A stretch of DNA of 64,000 nt from Vicugna vicugna. Its lineage: Eukaryota. Positions 10,948 to 24,600 of the stretch are shown piece by piece. A program made the position numbers and the translations under genes. Numbering within the stretch: the stretch's first letter is position 1; every line of letters starts with the position of its first letter. A model generated the notes under the pieces. The model did no database searches and was not told where the DNA came from. It was given only the letters and a program-made list of their open reading frames with translations. The stretch lies in assembly GCA_013265495.1 (NCBI GenBank), contig MU058645.1, positions 62,001-126,000 of the forward strand, given 5' to 3'.

Positions 10948-13719
10948 TTATAGGAATCCTTTAGCAGAAGATGAATCTTTTATTTTTCTTGACCAAAAAT
11001 GAGGAGATAATGAAGGAGAGAGCAATGGAAGACCTTTTTAGAGTCAACAAAACATTACTTCACATGAGAGTAAAACCGTGCAAGGCAGGGAAACTCCAGC
11101 ACTGGCTACGTGAGGCTGGCAGGTGCCTGCGCTCAGACACAGGGGTGCGGATTTTTAACTTTGAGAAGCAGTGCCAGGAAAACTTTGAGATGTGCCACTT
11201 ACAGAGCCAGAGCCGTTAAGTTGTGAGCTTAATAAGAACCATAAATAACAAAGATATGAGAGAAAATGTAATATAGACCTTTTTGGTTTTAGGATTGCTA
11301 CGATATATTTAAATAATCCATAAAGTCAGCTATCATTTCCTCCAAGTAGCTCTACAAGCTTTGCCAGTTAATTATACAATTCTACTGAACTAAAGAAAAA
11401 CATGACTATCCCATGTGAGATACTGAAATGACCTGAGACAATTTGCCTATCATAATATGTATTCTAATCAAGTTTCTTACCCGGAATATGTATTAACAAG
11501 AAATTACTTTCTCTTTGTTCAAATTTGTATTTGTGTCACTGGCTATTGAAGACTTTCTATAGAAACACCTTGCACGTAGATTCATGGGCAGCACGCACAC
11601 ACACATGCAGCCTCCATTGTTGCTGGTTTTCTTGTAGAAGCACTTCTAGGGGAGCGCCAAGCTGATGTGAATGTGGAAAGAATTACAGCAGGTGTAGCAC
11701 ACGGCCATTTAAATGAATGGTATTGATCTCCATTTATCGTGCGCTGAAAAGCCCAAGAATCGTTGGCATTCTTGCTACTGGCTTTTTTTCTCTCAAAATC
11801 TGTTCTAGAAGATAGCAATTTGTTATGACAACCTGCTCTATTCATCAGGACTAGAAAGAACCAGGCACTTGTCAGTACGCATTCTGAGCAGGGTGCTGGG
11901 TGCAGACGGCATGCTGTGGCTGAGAGACAGGCTGCAAAGGCAACTTCCTGATGCATTAAGCACCGTGCAGCATTCACACCTTTTCTTAAGAGAAAACTCA
12001 GGATGCAAGAAAAAACTGCTTTTTACTGGACGCACGTATAGCCATCTTCTTCAGAACGTTAAACGCCCTGTTGTACTTTAGGAAGCATGAAACATAAATG
12101 GCCGTGAAGCATCTGCACAAATGTTCAAACAAGTCCACCTCAGTTACGACGAGGGGCTGAGCTTTACCTAGATACAAGTTCAATGCAGCCTTACGGTCTA
12201 TGTCATCCTGCAATTAACAATCACCATGAATTAGCCACAGAAAGAGGGTTGCCCCTTCCAGAGGGCAGCTTGCTCCAGGTCTGTGTAAGTCTCCAAGACA
12301 GCTGACACCAGGTGTTAGCTTGATGTTCTAGGCTGCCTTGATGACGACTTACTGAGAGGGTCCCCCCAAGCAGTAAGTGCTTTCATGATCACTGCCCAGT
12401 GGGAAGAGCCATGTGAGAGGGAACGCCGCCTAGAAGGACAGCCAGCTGGGAGGGACATAGGATACTTCTCGTCGGCCAGGGCAAGGCAGGTGCACCTGAG
12501 CATCCTATCTACCCAGGTGAAGAGGGGACTCAATACTGCAAACAGCAGTTGCCCACTGTCTTTGCTTCTCTTCTGAACTGTTCCATCTCTCAAGTTCACC
12601 AGTAACCATGCCCCATGGCCTTCAACACCATAACAAATAATAATTAGCTTTTATTCTGGTTTTACTGAGAGCCTGGCATGGTGTTAACCACTCTGGATAT
12701 ATCACATCACTAAGTCAAGTGAATCTATGAGACCAGAGTCCTGGCCTGAGACAAACTCCGTTCCAGAGACAGGGAAACTTTCATATCACAGAACACGTGT
12801 GGTCAGGAGCCGGACTCACCTCTCTTTCTGACCCTAAACCTCATTTCCCAAGTTACTGTCTCACATCGGGATTTGCTCCCATGTGCCGATTCCCAGTCTT
12901 CATTTTTAAATTTCAAAACCTGCCATAATGAAGTGCTTATGAAATGGCATTTGAAAATGAAGGGCAGGAAAGAAGCTGGTCTGTAACCTGCCCTTTCTAT
13001 CAGGGAACAAACAGGGTGAAAGGGGAAAAAAGTGACTAGGAAATCTCCTTTAGCAGGTTTACAGGCTAATCTGAATCCCTGAGAGCACTTCCCAGTGACA
13101 GGCAGTGGAGAGTCCTCATCTACAGAATGCTTCTAGCAGGTTATTCCAGGCCTACTTATATTTCCTATAGTAACCCAATATTACGGACTTATGGATTATG
13201 GATTTTATGACTTTATGGGGCATGACCCACCTAAAATATCAATGACAGTATGAATTTATGAGGGCACAAAAATGGGGGTGTTTTACGCCCCAAACAGCAC
13301 CCTTTGTGTAGGCGGTATCTCATCCAACATCATTTTGAGATCTCACGGGTTCATCCCGAGTCAGAAAACACCTGCTGTGGAAAGGCCCACCTTGGGAGCT
13401 GCTGGGAGACTTCGTACTCCACTGGGTCTCATGGCTGTCCCCATCCTTTGATTCACAGGGACGCTGACACTGCTTGGGAATTCCAGTCCCTGTGAGTCTG
13501 ATTTGACCATCTGACATGTTGTGTTATCCTAACGTCTAAGCAATTCTGTAATCTGACTTACGTTGCTAATGCTTTGGAAATGGGGTTATTCCCCTGTCTG
13601 GGAACTACCTAAAGGTGAAAAACAGGGTTTTGGGGATTCCTGAACGGGCAGACCAGGAACCTGCGGGCTGCCTCCAGCCAGGGCTCAGCTGCCCCTCTGG
13701 GCACACAGGGCGAACAGAG

Positions 13720-13840
13720 CTAAATGCTGGGTACTTGGAGTCAGATGACTTGCTTATGTTCTAGGTCAAGGCAATATGACTTCTAAAATATCAGTTTTCT
13801 TTCTGACAAATGGATGCAATCAAACCTGCTTCAGAGAGTC
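13720..13840. mobile_element. MIR fragment
   Basis: 'ttggagtcagatgacttg...caaggcaatatgacttct...tcagttttctttctgacaaatgg'. Confidence 0.55.
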
Positions 13841-14920
13841 CAGATCTTTGAAACTTGAAAATGTTCCTGGGTCTGTGAGGTCTTCCGTTCCCTTCTAGTT
13901 TCAGGTACGTGCATGAGACTTCATTCTATTCCTGTGATGAACACAGTTGATCGGAGGAGTTCTAAAGACCAGGCCAAGCCCTAGCCCCAGACCCAGGACA
14001 CCTCACAGCACGGGCACCCATCTTCCCTCGGCCAGGACCTGGATTTGTGGCTTCATCCAACCAGTACCTGCACACTCATGTGCTCTCCTGGTTGGCTGAG
14101 CCCCTCTGCGGCCCCTTGGCCCCACTTCTAGCCACCACAGCGCCCCGAGCATCCTCGGTACCCACTTTCAGCATTCTCTCTCCCTGACTCTTCCTTTTCA
14201 ACTTTTCTGCATCCTCCATCCCTCTGAAAACCCTGACACACAAAAGATACAAAGAGTTTTATGACTGTTAACAACGTGATCAACACATTGACAAGTCCGC
14301 TTACTACTCCCGAGGATGAAGTCAAGCGGTTCTTACAAACAAGATGCCTGTTTCCTCTCCCTGTGAGGAAGGGCGGGGCTTCTCCTCCACCTCTCACCCA
14401 CCCCACAGACTGCGTGCTCGGAAACAATAATAAATCCACATTTAATTCTCAACCTCTCCCACCACTAGTGAGGTCTTTGAGAAGAAGCCATTCTCTATTT
14501 CCCAAACAACAGCTCTCTCACATTTTTCAAGATGGTTTCACGGTACAGCAGGCAGAGGCAACACTTTGCATGAACTCATCTTCTACCAAGAGTTGCGTGC
14601 AGGCCTTGACCATGCGAAATAAGCTCCGTGGAGTCTCACCAGGTACAGAGAAAACTTCTAGTTGAATGACACCAATGCACCAACTTTATAGCAAATAGTG
14701 TTCTGTGAAAACAAGACCCTGGATGTATCAAAAGTTATACCAGAAAGCAATTTTAGCATGGTCAAATAGTTTGGAGGGTCCGCATAGGGATAAAGTCACA
14801 GCGTCCGTACAGTTGTACTACTAACAGCACATCAAAGTGTTGAGGTTGCGTGAAACAAGCCTCTTCAATTTTAACCTATATTTTTCTACACATTTGAAGC
14901 CGGACCACTTTTTGTTTAGA

Positions 14921-15125
14921 TCAGAGGCCAGCAGATGTTTTCCTTAAAGGACCAGATAATACCTGTTTTCAGTTTTGCTGGAAAAAGAAAACTGAGGCTA
15001 TTGTTCAGGGGCTTTTAAACTATAATCATGTGAAAACATTAAAGAAAGGTTTCTCTCTTGCATCATTAAAGAAAGAGGTGGCCAGCTAAAGTGGGCCCAC
15101 AGGCCAAAGCTCTCCAGCTTTTGGT
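14921..15125. mobile_element. hAT-Charlie MITE (MER58-like)
   Basis: 'cagaggccagcagatgttttccttaaaggaccagataatacctgttttcagttttgctgg' ... 'gtgggcccacaggcca'. Confidence 0.65.
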
Positions 15126-17467
15126 GGAGAGATTGTCCCTTGACGCATTGTAGCAGTTTTGGGGACAAGCCCTAGATACTTGTTAAGTATGTCTTCAGTC
15201 ATGAAACTTGAGGATCTGATTCAAAAATTTTTCAAGTGTTAGGAAAATGCTTACACACATAACTGATTCTAATTTTTATGGTTGTTCATTTGACTTATAG
15301 TTGGAAAAATGACATAAATATTTCTCTACTTTCTTAAACTTACATACTGTTTTTCAAATTATAAAGGATTGCATATAAAAGAATAAAAAAGGAAACAAAT
15401 CCACAATTCAGAGATAAATATTCTTAACAATGTGTTATAGTTCTCGCAAAGCTTTCTAGTGCATATTTTAAATGCTAATATGGATGTCTTTGACAGTGCC
15501 TGCTCTGTGTGCCTGAGGGTCTCAGTGTCTGTAATAACTGTGGAAGAATGGTCTACGTACAGGTTAGAAGGCCCTGCAATTTAGATCCAGTACGGTAACC
15601 CTGCCCTGTAGTGTACCAGTAATTGTGCATTTTAATGGATTTTTCACAAGTTTTAATTTTTTTCCTCTAAATTTCCATTAATCAAATAAGATGTGGGCCA
15701 GATAAATGAATGAATTGACACCAGTGTTCAGGGTGAAATCTCTTTTTGTGAAGCGTAACAGTTTGGTTAAATTAAATTCACTCAGTGCAAGATGCCATAG
15801 CTTGTGTTCTGTGTGAACTGAAATGTGCCATCAGCATGAAGAATTCCCAGTAAAGCAGCTGGTCACCCAGTTATGGTCATGGCTAGATTGTAAGGGAGCA
15901 GGCTGGTCTAATTTCTTTTTCATGAGCTAAGACTGAATTAAACAAAGAAGAGAGTTCACGGTCACAGCTCCCTGTCACTAAGATCTTCTTTTCAATGCAT
16001 TTTCATTTTGTTAAATGCAGTTCGCTTCATCGGGGCCACCTACATGCCAGTGAGATCCTGCACACTCACAGAACTATCTTCTGAAGGTTTTTACTAATAT
16101 GTTATGGAAATTGCAAATCTATATTGGGTTTCTCAGATTCAAAATCTATTTGAATAGTCAGTCACTTCAGTGCCTGTTGGTTACAAGAAAAACTGCACTT
16201 CTTGGCTGCCTGACAGGACAGGGTCAGCTGGTGATTTTACATCCGTTGGTCTAAAAATGGGCTATTGAAAAACTCTCTACATAAATTTCCCTGTGTGTCC
16301 AAAAATGAGGGAATAGAGCTAAGGGAAGAGAGACCAAATAGTGCCAAGAAGCTAAAACAGGCAAGGCTGCCAACAATATATTAAGCACAAATAACAAAGA
16401 AATATGGTGTGCAGTGCTCCGTCCTGCCAGCTTCGAGCCAGCTCCCAAATTTCTGTCAAACCCTAATGTTGGCAAAGGGGAAGAAACACACAGAACAGAT
16501 TGAAAAGACCCTCTCGGCCAGTCTGCATTTCAGTAGAACAGAGGGAGAGTTAAGTAGGTCTGACAGAAAATAGCTTAGAAGGAGAATTCTAGTTAAAAGA
16601 AGAGAATAGTAGAGGGAAAAAAAAATAGAAGAAGAATATTGGGAGGAGTCCAGAGGCCGCTGGTATGAGGGTCTCGACTGTTTTCTGTCACTGCATTTCT
16701 AGCACTGACAGTTTATACTCAGCGCCTAAGCGCGAGAGGATGCTGGCCACGGAACTTGGGGTTTTAGCACCAAGGAGCACCGGGCCTTCCTGTCAAATGG
16801 AATAAAGCCTCGGAGGTGACTGGAGGGAGTGGAGCGATGGGGGGCCATCGGCTTCTGCGGAGGCTGCTGCTTCCCACGGCGAGAGGGAGCGCCACCAGGT
16901 CCGTCAGACGCTGCTGAGCGCTCCCCGATGTGTGTGTCCAGACAGGAGAGCAATTTCCAGGCTCGAGTTCATTTTCAGCTTTCATGCAGAGTCCACATTA
17001 CAGGAAAATGACACCGTGTTTCTGTCAAATCAGTGGCTGAGGAACTGGAAGGAAAAGACGTGGCCTCATGTACTTTTAAAAGATGGGCTAATGGCTTGAG
17101 AATGTAGCAGTGGGTAATTTCTCTGTGCTTCCTTTGAATCCCAACAATAGGACTGAAACATTAACTCTCATTTGACGGCCAGTAATGGGACAGGTGTGCC
17201 AAAATGGTCCTGGTGACAGCGGCTGCATTTCATGCCTGTTTTATGCTGACATTCTTAGAGCCTGGGTCCTGGTTTCTGCGTCCAGACCCCATGTATCTAA
17301 TATTTTGATAATTTGATCAAGATTGGTTAAGAAGACTGACCATTGTACAGAAAAAAATTTAAATGTAGCTTCAGAGTGAAATTGGTGAAGATTTAGTGTA
17401 GCATCCACTGCTGCACCTGTGTGATTTGTAACTTCATTTGAATTGTTTTTCTTTCAACCTCCCTGAA

Positions 17468-17819
17468 TGGCGTGGAGCAGGTGTTTGTGTTCCCCCCAAA
17501 TTAATCTGTTGAAGTACAACCCCCGGGGTGATGATATCTGGAGGTGGGGCTTTTGCAAGTTTCTAAGGATGGGATCCTCATGAATGGGATTAGCACCCTT
17601 ATAAAAAAGACCCGACACAGCCCCTTCCGCCTTCCGCCACATGAAGCCACAGACGACGAGCGCCTATGAACCGGGCAGCAGGCCCTCACCGGACAGTGGA
17701 TCTGCAGGTGCCTTGCCCTTAGACTTCTCGCCCCCAGGACTGTGGAAAAATAACTTCCTGTTGCTGAAAAGCCACCCAGTGTCTGTATTCTGTTACAGCA
17801 GCCCAAGTGGACCAGGACA
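17468..17819 (+). mobile_element. MaLR solo LTR (MLT1A-like)
   Basis: 'tgtttgtgttccccccaaatt', 'atgaatgggattagcacccttataaaa', 'gccttgcccttagacttc', end 'cagcagcccaagtggaccaggaca'. TG..CA ends with a near-perfect 5-bp TSD ctgaa/ctgat. Confidence 0.92.
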
Positions 17820-18099
17820 CTGATTTAGTATTTTGGAACTTTTCAGTTATGATCCTTGTCTTAAAGTTCTTGAATACTTTCTGCAAAGAGGCCTTTGAGA
17901 ACGTGGAAATAAGCATGAAGACGCCGAGGGAACAATGAGGGCACGTGGGATAAAGCCAGCCAGCAGCTGACGAGCCGGAGGCGCCAGGGGCTCCGGGAAG
18001 CGTTCGTGCAAACTGCAGCCCAGGTCGTCCTCCTTAATCGGAGTTTTTGCTTGAATTTTGCCTGTACAGCGCCCGTCCGTCATTTCCTGACCACCAGCT

Positions 18100-19050
18100 C
18101 TAGTCCTCCGCGCCCTCAGCGCTGCCCCTGCGTTGGGTCCTGAACCACGTCATCAGGACCCCGGAGCCTCGGGGTCCTGCCCGCGGCGTCGACCCCGCCG
18201 TTCTCTCAGGCCACCCCCTGCAGCCGTCACGGACCGCTGCGCCCTCGTCTGCCGCCACTTTCTCCCAGACCATCAGTTCTCTCCGGCTCCTCCTGGCCTG
18301 TCAGCCCCGGATGCGACGACTGTCATCTGAAAGACCATTTCTCGGAAGCCTCCGCTTCCTCGCGTTCGTGCGGTAACTACCGTGAGAGACCCCAGCTTAG
18401 CGTCGTGTCGCCACCTGCGGTCTCTGTTCTGCTGAAGACAGTCCCACAACCACAGAAATCGGCCCGCTGCTCATAGCCACCGTGTGCCCGCCAGTGCCTG
18501 CGTGTCTGTGGCCGTAGGGCCCCTTCCCCCGGTCAGCGGCCAGCAGACTGGCGGCAGCATCCTTCTCAAGCCTCCTCGGCGCCGCTGAGCTACCTGATAG
18601 AGAACGTCAGGGCCGCTCTCTGCGAGCCACTGCATCTCAGGGCCCAGGAAATACACCCCAAGCCACAGTCACCCACCACTGCCCCTCTCTCCATGCCCAT
18701 GGTCTGGAACCACCTGCCCTCTCCCAATGTGCCCTAGGCCCCATATCACCTCTTTTCCTTAGGATGCTTCTCCAAGAAGCATCTGACGTGTCTTTAGCTT
18801 CTTCCTGTCACTGAACCATCTCATGTGGCTTATGAACCTCTTCCTTGCCAATTCTAAGCATTCTCTTCCATCTCCACTTCATCTGACCTCTTTGCAGCAA
18901 ATGCCACTTTTGAACATCCCTCTTGGCTGCCATCTTGTCCCTCATCTTCTTAGACCCTCGACTCTGGCCAGTTGCCCACCATCTTCTTCTGTTCCTCCTT
19001 GTCTTTTTCCTTTCCTTCCTTCCTCCTCATGAAGAAATGTTGTCTGCCAC
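18100..19050 (+). mobile_element. L2 LINE remnant, GC-enriched in its 5' part
   Basis: Pyrimidine-rich L2-like motifs such as 'tctgacctctttgcagcaaatgccacttttgaacatccctct'. The left boundary is uncertain. Confidence 0.45.
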
Positions 19051-19659
19051 CCCCCCCTTCTCTTTTCATCCTACCCATCACTGGTGCCAAGTAGCTATAT
19101 CACACTGTAGACAATCCCCACACTATGAAGGAGGGGAATAAAAGTGATTATACTTACGCTGCTGTAAACCAATTTTCCTGCCCATAAAAATTAGTTAATA
19201 GAGCTTCATTCATTAGTTATGTTGATAAGCACATAGTGACAATGAAACATGCAACATGACATACAATTGTCATATACAAACATTTCTTACAGCTTAAAAT
19301 GCTATGTTATTAAATTATAAAAATATGAGTTATGTCAGTATTTGAAAAGGTTTCAGTGTTGAAAATATATACACATAGCATATGAAAATGATGTAAATTA
19401 GACAATAACATAGCTATAATAAATATTAACAATCATGTAATATAGAATTGTTCTTAATTCTCAAAATTTAGAAAACGTTTTAGGAAGATTTTAGCTAACT
19501 AACGCCTCAATTATAGGCAAGATAATTTCAAATACTGCTCATTTTTTATTTTGAAACTGTAACGAGTGGTCACACGATATTATTTATCAGAGAATATGTG
19601 CACTATGTTTGATGAAGTATTGGTAATACTCATTTATAAAGGTTGCTTGCAAATCAATT

Positions 19660-20100
19660 AATAAATAAAACCACAAGAAAACTTGAACAGATAGTTCATA
19701 GGAAAACTATAATGTAAAAATATAGACAGCCAGCGAGTGTAGAAAGAATCTCCATCCCAGGGATAATCGAGGACATGTCATCTAAAGCGATGAGATTATG
19801 AGGATGTTAGTGCGGAAAGTGTGCTAGCTTGGAAACAGGGATGCGTAAGGCAGCATGTGCAGTGTGCGGACGCACCAGGCACATCTGGCCCTGCAATTAT
19901 GCTTTTAAAAATATGTCCTCAGGAAAACGCAATGACGCATGCAAAGACGCCCGTGCTGGGGGTGCTTACTGCAGCGCTGCTGGAAATAGTAAAGAAATGA
20001 AAACAACCTGTGCATTCAATTATAGTATTTTTCGAAACATTAGGAAACTGCTGAAAATGTTATAGTAGAATATGGTATGGAAACATACTAGCAGTATATA
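19660..20100 (+). mobile_element. Old L1 (L1ME-like) 3' remnant
   Basis: 'acttgaacagatagttcataggaaaa', 'ctggccctgcaattatgcttttaaaaatatgtcct', 'gaaatgaaaacaacc'. Confidence 0.6.
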
Positions 20101-23100
20101 TCTATGGGAGAAGTATTTCCAAGCTCTCTGCACCAGGCTTTTATTATTTATCAAATGAAAAAATTACTAAACATTCCATTGATTTTAGAACTCTATCAAA
20201 GCCTCATATGTCTTCGATATGCCATTTTCCCAAATGAATTAGGTATTGTAATAAAGTGCCTTCCCATAACAATTTAGGCAATGAAATTCAGCTCAAAAAA
20301 ACAGTGATGGTAATTTTTAAAATAAATATTTGGTCAATGTTTTTTCTTATAAAGTTAATTTATTTTAGGCAAGTGTTTGCAAAAGAATGAGATTATCTTT
20401 ATGGAAAAGTCTTGGATACTATGAAACACTATTTAACGTTGGATATTTTTCTCAAAGTTAAAAATATAACTACTCAAAATATCACATACTTCTAATGTTC
20501 TCAGCTTTTATTTGATTGGTAACTATTTGATACACCCCAATTCACAGAAAAAAATCCCATAGCAATGGTCTTTTCATTCTTTTGAATTTATTTGATGCTT
20601 TTTTATGTTGCATAGAATTACTATGGCAGGAAGAAGCAATGTTCTAATGGAGCATGTGTGTTATGTTTTGTATTTTTGAACATTAACAGAATGGACAGAT
20701 ATAGTTAACAAGTCTGAAATATAAATGTAATAACTATTTTAGTAAATAAAATGCTAATTAATGTTTGGATGGGTGAAATTAGACATGCGATACAAATCTT
20801 AAGAGAAAGAATGTATAAAAAGATAATCTGATATGAACATGTTTAAGTAAGAACATAATCATAATAAATAGTGGACTAATAATAATATTTTTAAAGTAAT
20901 AGTTCCATCGTGTCAGAATGTGAAATAGGTAGGTACAGAAACGATGCTGGTAAATCCATTTGCTATAACACATCAGGTGATTAGAAAGTTCAAATAGAAA
21001 CTAAAGTTTGTAATAGGGTCATGACCAAGATGCTCATATACCTTTAACATGATTCACTATCTATTATATACCTGTTACGTTTTGGACTCTCTTTTACACT
21101 CACACACACAGACACACACACTTCTTGTGAAAACTCTATATAAAGTTTGTTGGTCAAATTTAGGCTTAGATTAATAGACTGAGCCAAAATCATACAGCAA
21201 GTGGAAGAGTTTCTTAAAAACTTATTAATTACATTGCACATTTATCTATTATTTTAGAATTATGCTGAGCATACAGAAGGCACTCAATAAATGTATGTTG
21301 AAAGTACAAGTGAAAGATTGATGATTTTAATTTGCCCTTATTTGTCTCACTGGGGTTGTTGGAAAACTGCTTATTTGCTTCAGATCCTAGGGAGCCCTAA
21401 GGAACAAAAGCATTAATGGGTAAAACTCCCCAAGGCTGAATGACATGTATTTCATCTTTCATTTTTCCATCTGGCCCTAGGGATCTAAAACATTAATTAT
21501 AAATACTCCTGATTTATGTATTTTTGGTTCCTAAAGATAGAATAATGACTCTTCTTTGTGAATCATAATTTAGGTTATTAATACAGTTTTCATACCTCCC
21601 TCAAAAGTTGCAAAAATTACTCAGAAATGGCAACTTCTTCCATAAATCACTTCAAATATTTAAGTGAAAATAACTCCAAGATTGTAAAAATATTAAAAGA
21701 AGTTGAGGTACATGAAAAGTCATTGACTAATCATTGATATTTTCAATCTTAATTTTTGGAAGAAAAACTTAACATTTGAAAAATAAAGGACTCAGTGAAT
21801 ATCAACAAGGCTCAATTTATTTAGATTTTTCTGAAGTTATAACATTTGCTCAGACTGACTGAAAGATAATTTGGGGAATGTAAAATGAGAATCCAGATCC
21901 AGAAAACAGAGCATGCAGAATATTAGCAATGTCCTTTCCTCCTGCTTGGCCCAAGATCTAGAGTGCTGGCAATGGATAGTTTGACTTAGAAAGAACTTTG
22001 GTCCAGAGAACTATTGCTTCACAAATATATCACCACGTGTATGTAATGCACACAAGATTTGTTGTTTTAAGGCATCTGTCTACAACATACAGTCTACAAC
22101 AGATTGAGCTGATTGGGTTTGCTGGCAGGTGTGAGAGAACGCCACTGCTCATCTTATGGTTGGCTTGACTAGTTTTCTGCTGGAATACATAGACAATATT
22201 CTCTTAATCTATTCCACACAGAGCACTGAAAATCAAAACCTCTGAATTATTGCCTAATTGTTAGTATCTTCCTAATAGTGGTCATCTCCTGGGATTGGTT
22301 TATGATGAAACACTTGTTTGTCCTTCGCATGGAGACTGATGGAGGGCAGAAAAAGTCATTTCTGCTGTTTTCAAGGATTAGCCACTTGTTGAAGGGAGAG
22401 TTCGCAGATTTGAAAAATCAAATACTATAATAGGAAACAGCGTTTGATGAGAATATTCTTCTCTTTGGAGAGTCATTTTTGTTGCCATGTTCTATATAGC
22501 ACAGAGATCAAATGACAGATTTAAGTACGTATTAACAAGTCTCTGTGATTTATAAAGGGGGTATCTGCAAAAAAACGATCATTCAGATCTCGGTGAGATT
22601 TATTTTAGTTGCTTTGAGAAAACAGTGATCAAAATCTCTGTTTAAAATAGCTTTAGTATTTTTTCCTGTAACCAAGAAATCCATAAACAATGTTTGCCAA
22701 AAGACTGTGAGCTGTGATTTTGTGATTATGGTTTAAATAGTAAGAAAAATTTAAGTTAGAGAAGAACAAGCTAATACATTTTAAAATGGTGTTTGGAAAG
22801 CGGCACTTCCTAAGACAGCCTCTCTTTTAGTTCTCACTAAAAGGTGGGGGAGGGCACAGCACACAATGGGAGCTCAGAAAAACTCCTTAAACTTTGACCA
22901 ACCTTAACCTGGACTCAGAATCCAGGAGAAACTTCCTGTAACCCGAGTAAAGCTGGGCTGCTCTGTAGCCTCCCTCGGAAGGGGAGCGCACCCAAAAGAC
23001 GGTCAGTAGACACACCGTGGCCACACACACAGGACTCCAACAGCACTTAAACACTGATGCTGCTCTACGAAGAAGGGCTGAACAAAACTGCAGCTCGTGA

Positions 23101-23869
23101 CTTACAACGAAATGACCCAAAACTCACCTTTCTTCATTTGAATCTCCCAGGGTCCTGACAAAAGCGGTTCCTGACTTGCATCCTCAGAAAATCCACAGTC
23201 CACTCAGCCCAGGCAAACCCAGGCTCTCATTTTTGCCTTGCAGACGTGGCCTCTGTGACTGCCAGACTCAGGGCTGGCTCAGGGCCTCTGATATGTACAT
23301 CAGTCTGGCCTTTCTTGCTTATTTAAAGCTTGTCCTTTGCCCTACAGCCCACATTCAAACAAGGACTAGAGTGCAAAGAGATCAGCGTCATCTTAGGTGT
23401 CCAGGCACCTAATAACAGAGCTTCAAAATACATAAAGCAAAAATTGATCAAAAGTGATAGAACTGAAAAAATATATTTTTGTTGTTTTAAAGCTCAGTAA
23501 CACTCTTTAATTACTTTTTTCTGTTTCTTTTGTAATAATGATGTAGTTTGGATTTTTTCTTTCCATTTGAACCAATATGGGTGAACTACATTTACACAGG
23601 AACACAGGTTCTTAAGCATTTGCACATTGTTGTATAAAGAAGTCTCATGATATTTAAAATTTTTCTCCATTTGGTTTTTGTCCTTTGTTATTTTTACATT
23701 CAGTAGTGGTGCTTCCACACTTCTTATTAGTTGAGTTAAAGTTTATGTTTTGTTGAGTTAAAAATAAATCACTTTTGGGATTTTGTGTTTTTTGTTTTCT
23801 AATGAACTAGTTTTTATTTGTATTTGTTATTTTATTTCTCTTGTGTTTTTTGTAGATTTCAGGGTTAAA

Positions 23870-24600
23870 TTTTGAGAGGTGCTTTTTTTTCACTCCTGAC
23901 ACCAACCAGTTCTCCAATTCTGTGGCTACCATCTGGGTGTCTACAAGTCAATTCCGTCTGACAGTAACTACCCAGAGTTAATGTCCAGCTACACAGGTCA
24001 AGGGCTCAGGCCACAAGACTGTCCCCACTTCTAAGGCCAGTGACAAGTATCGGCTCCTGGGTTATCCACACTCTGACCAACTTGGCCATGAAGTTAAGGG
24101 TTCCCACAACCCCCTTCCTCAAGCTTGATCACTTGCTAGAAAAACTTGCAGAACTGTGGAAAGCATTTTATTTCTGTTCCCTGTTTAGAATAGAGAACGT
24201 AACCCAGGACTGGCCACGTGGAAGGGAGGCGCGGGGCAGGGTAGGGCGGGGGTGCAGAGCCTTTCTCCAGCACTTTGATGTGTTCTCCACCCTGGACGTT
24301 CCCTACACACAGTCGCTCAGGGTTTCTGTGGAAGTTTAATTACGTAGGTGCGATGGATTAAATCAACCGCCATCGGTGACTGAGCTCCACCCGCAGCCCC
24401 GACCCTTGCCAGAGCCTGGCGGTGCGGCTGCGGGCTCAGACCCCGCAGTGACGCCTCAGCCTTCGTGGTGGCCGTTCTCCTGACACCGGTCTTCCCATTA
24501 ACACGTGAAAGACACTCTTCTCACTCCAGAGAGTCTACTGGTTTTAAGAGCTATGAACAGAAACCACAGATACAGACTACTTAACTTTCATTATACCAGA
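23870..24600 (+). mobile_element. MER21-family LTR
   Basis: 'acaccaaccagttctccaattc...ctgggtgtctacaagtcaattc..ctgacagtaactacccagagtta', 'agggctcaggccacaagactgtccccacttc', end 'cattatacca'. Confidence 0.85.

Noticed and set aside
19150..20760. Possible DNA-transposon remnants in the AT-rich stretches around the L1ME fragment
   Set aside because: I could not identify terminal inverted repeats or a family with confidence; a RepeatMasker run would settle it.
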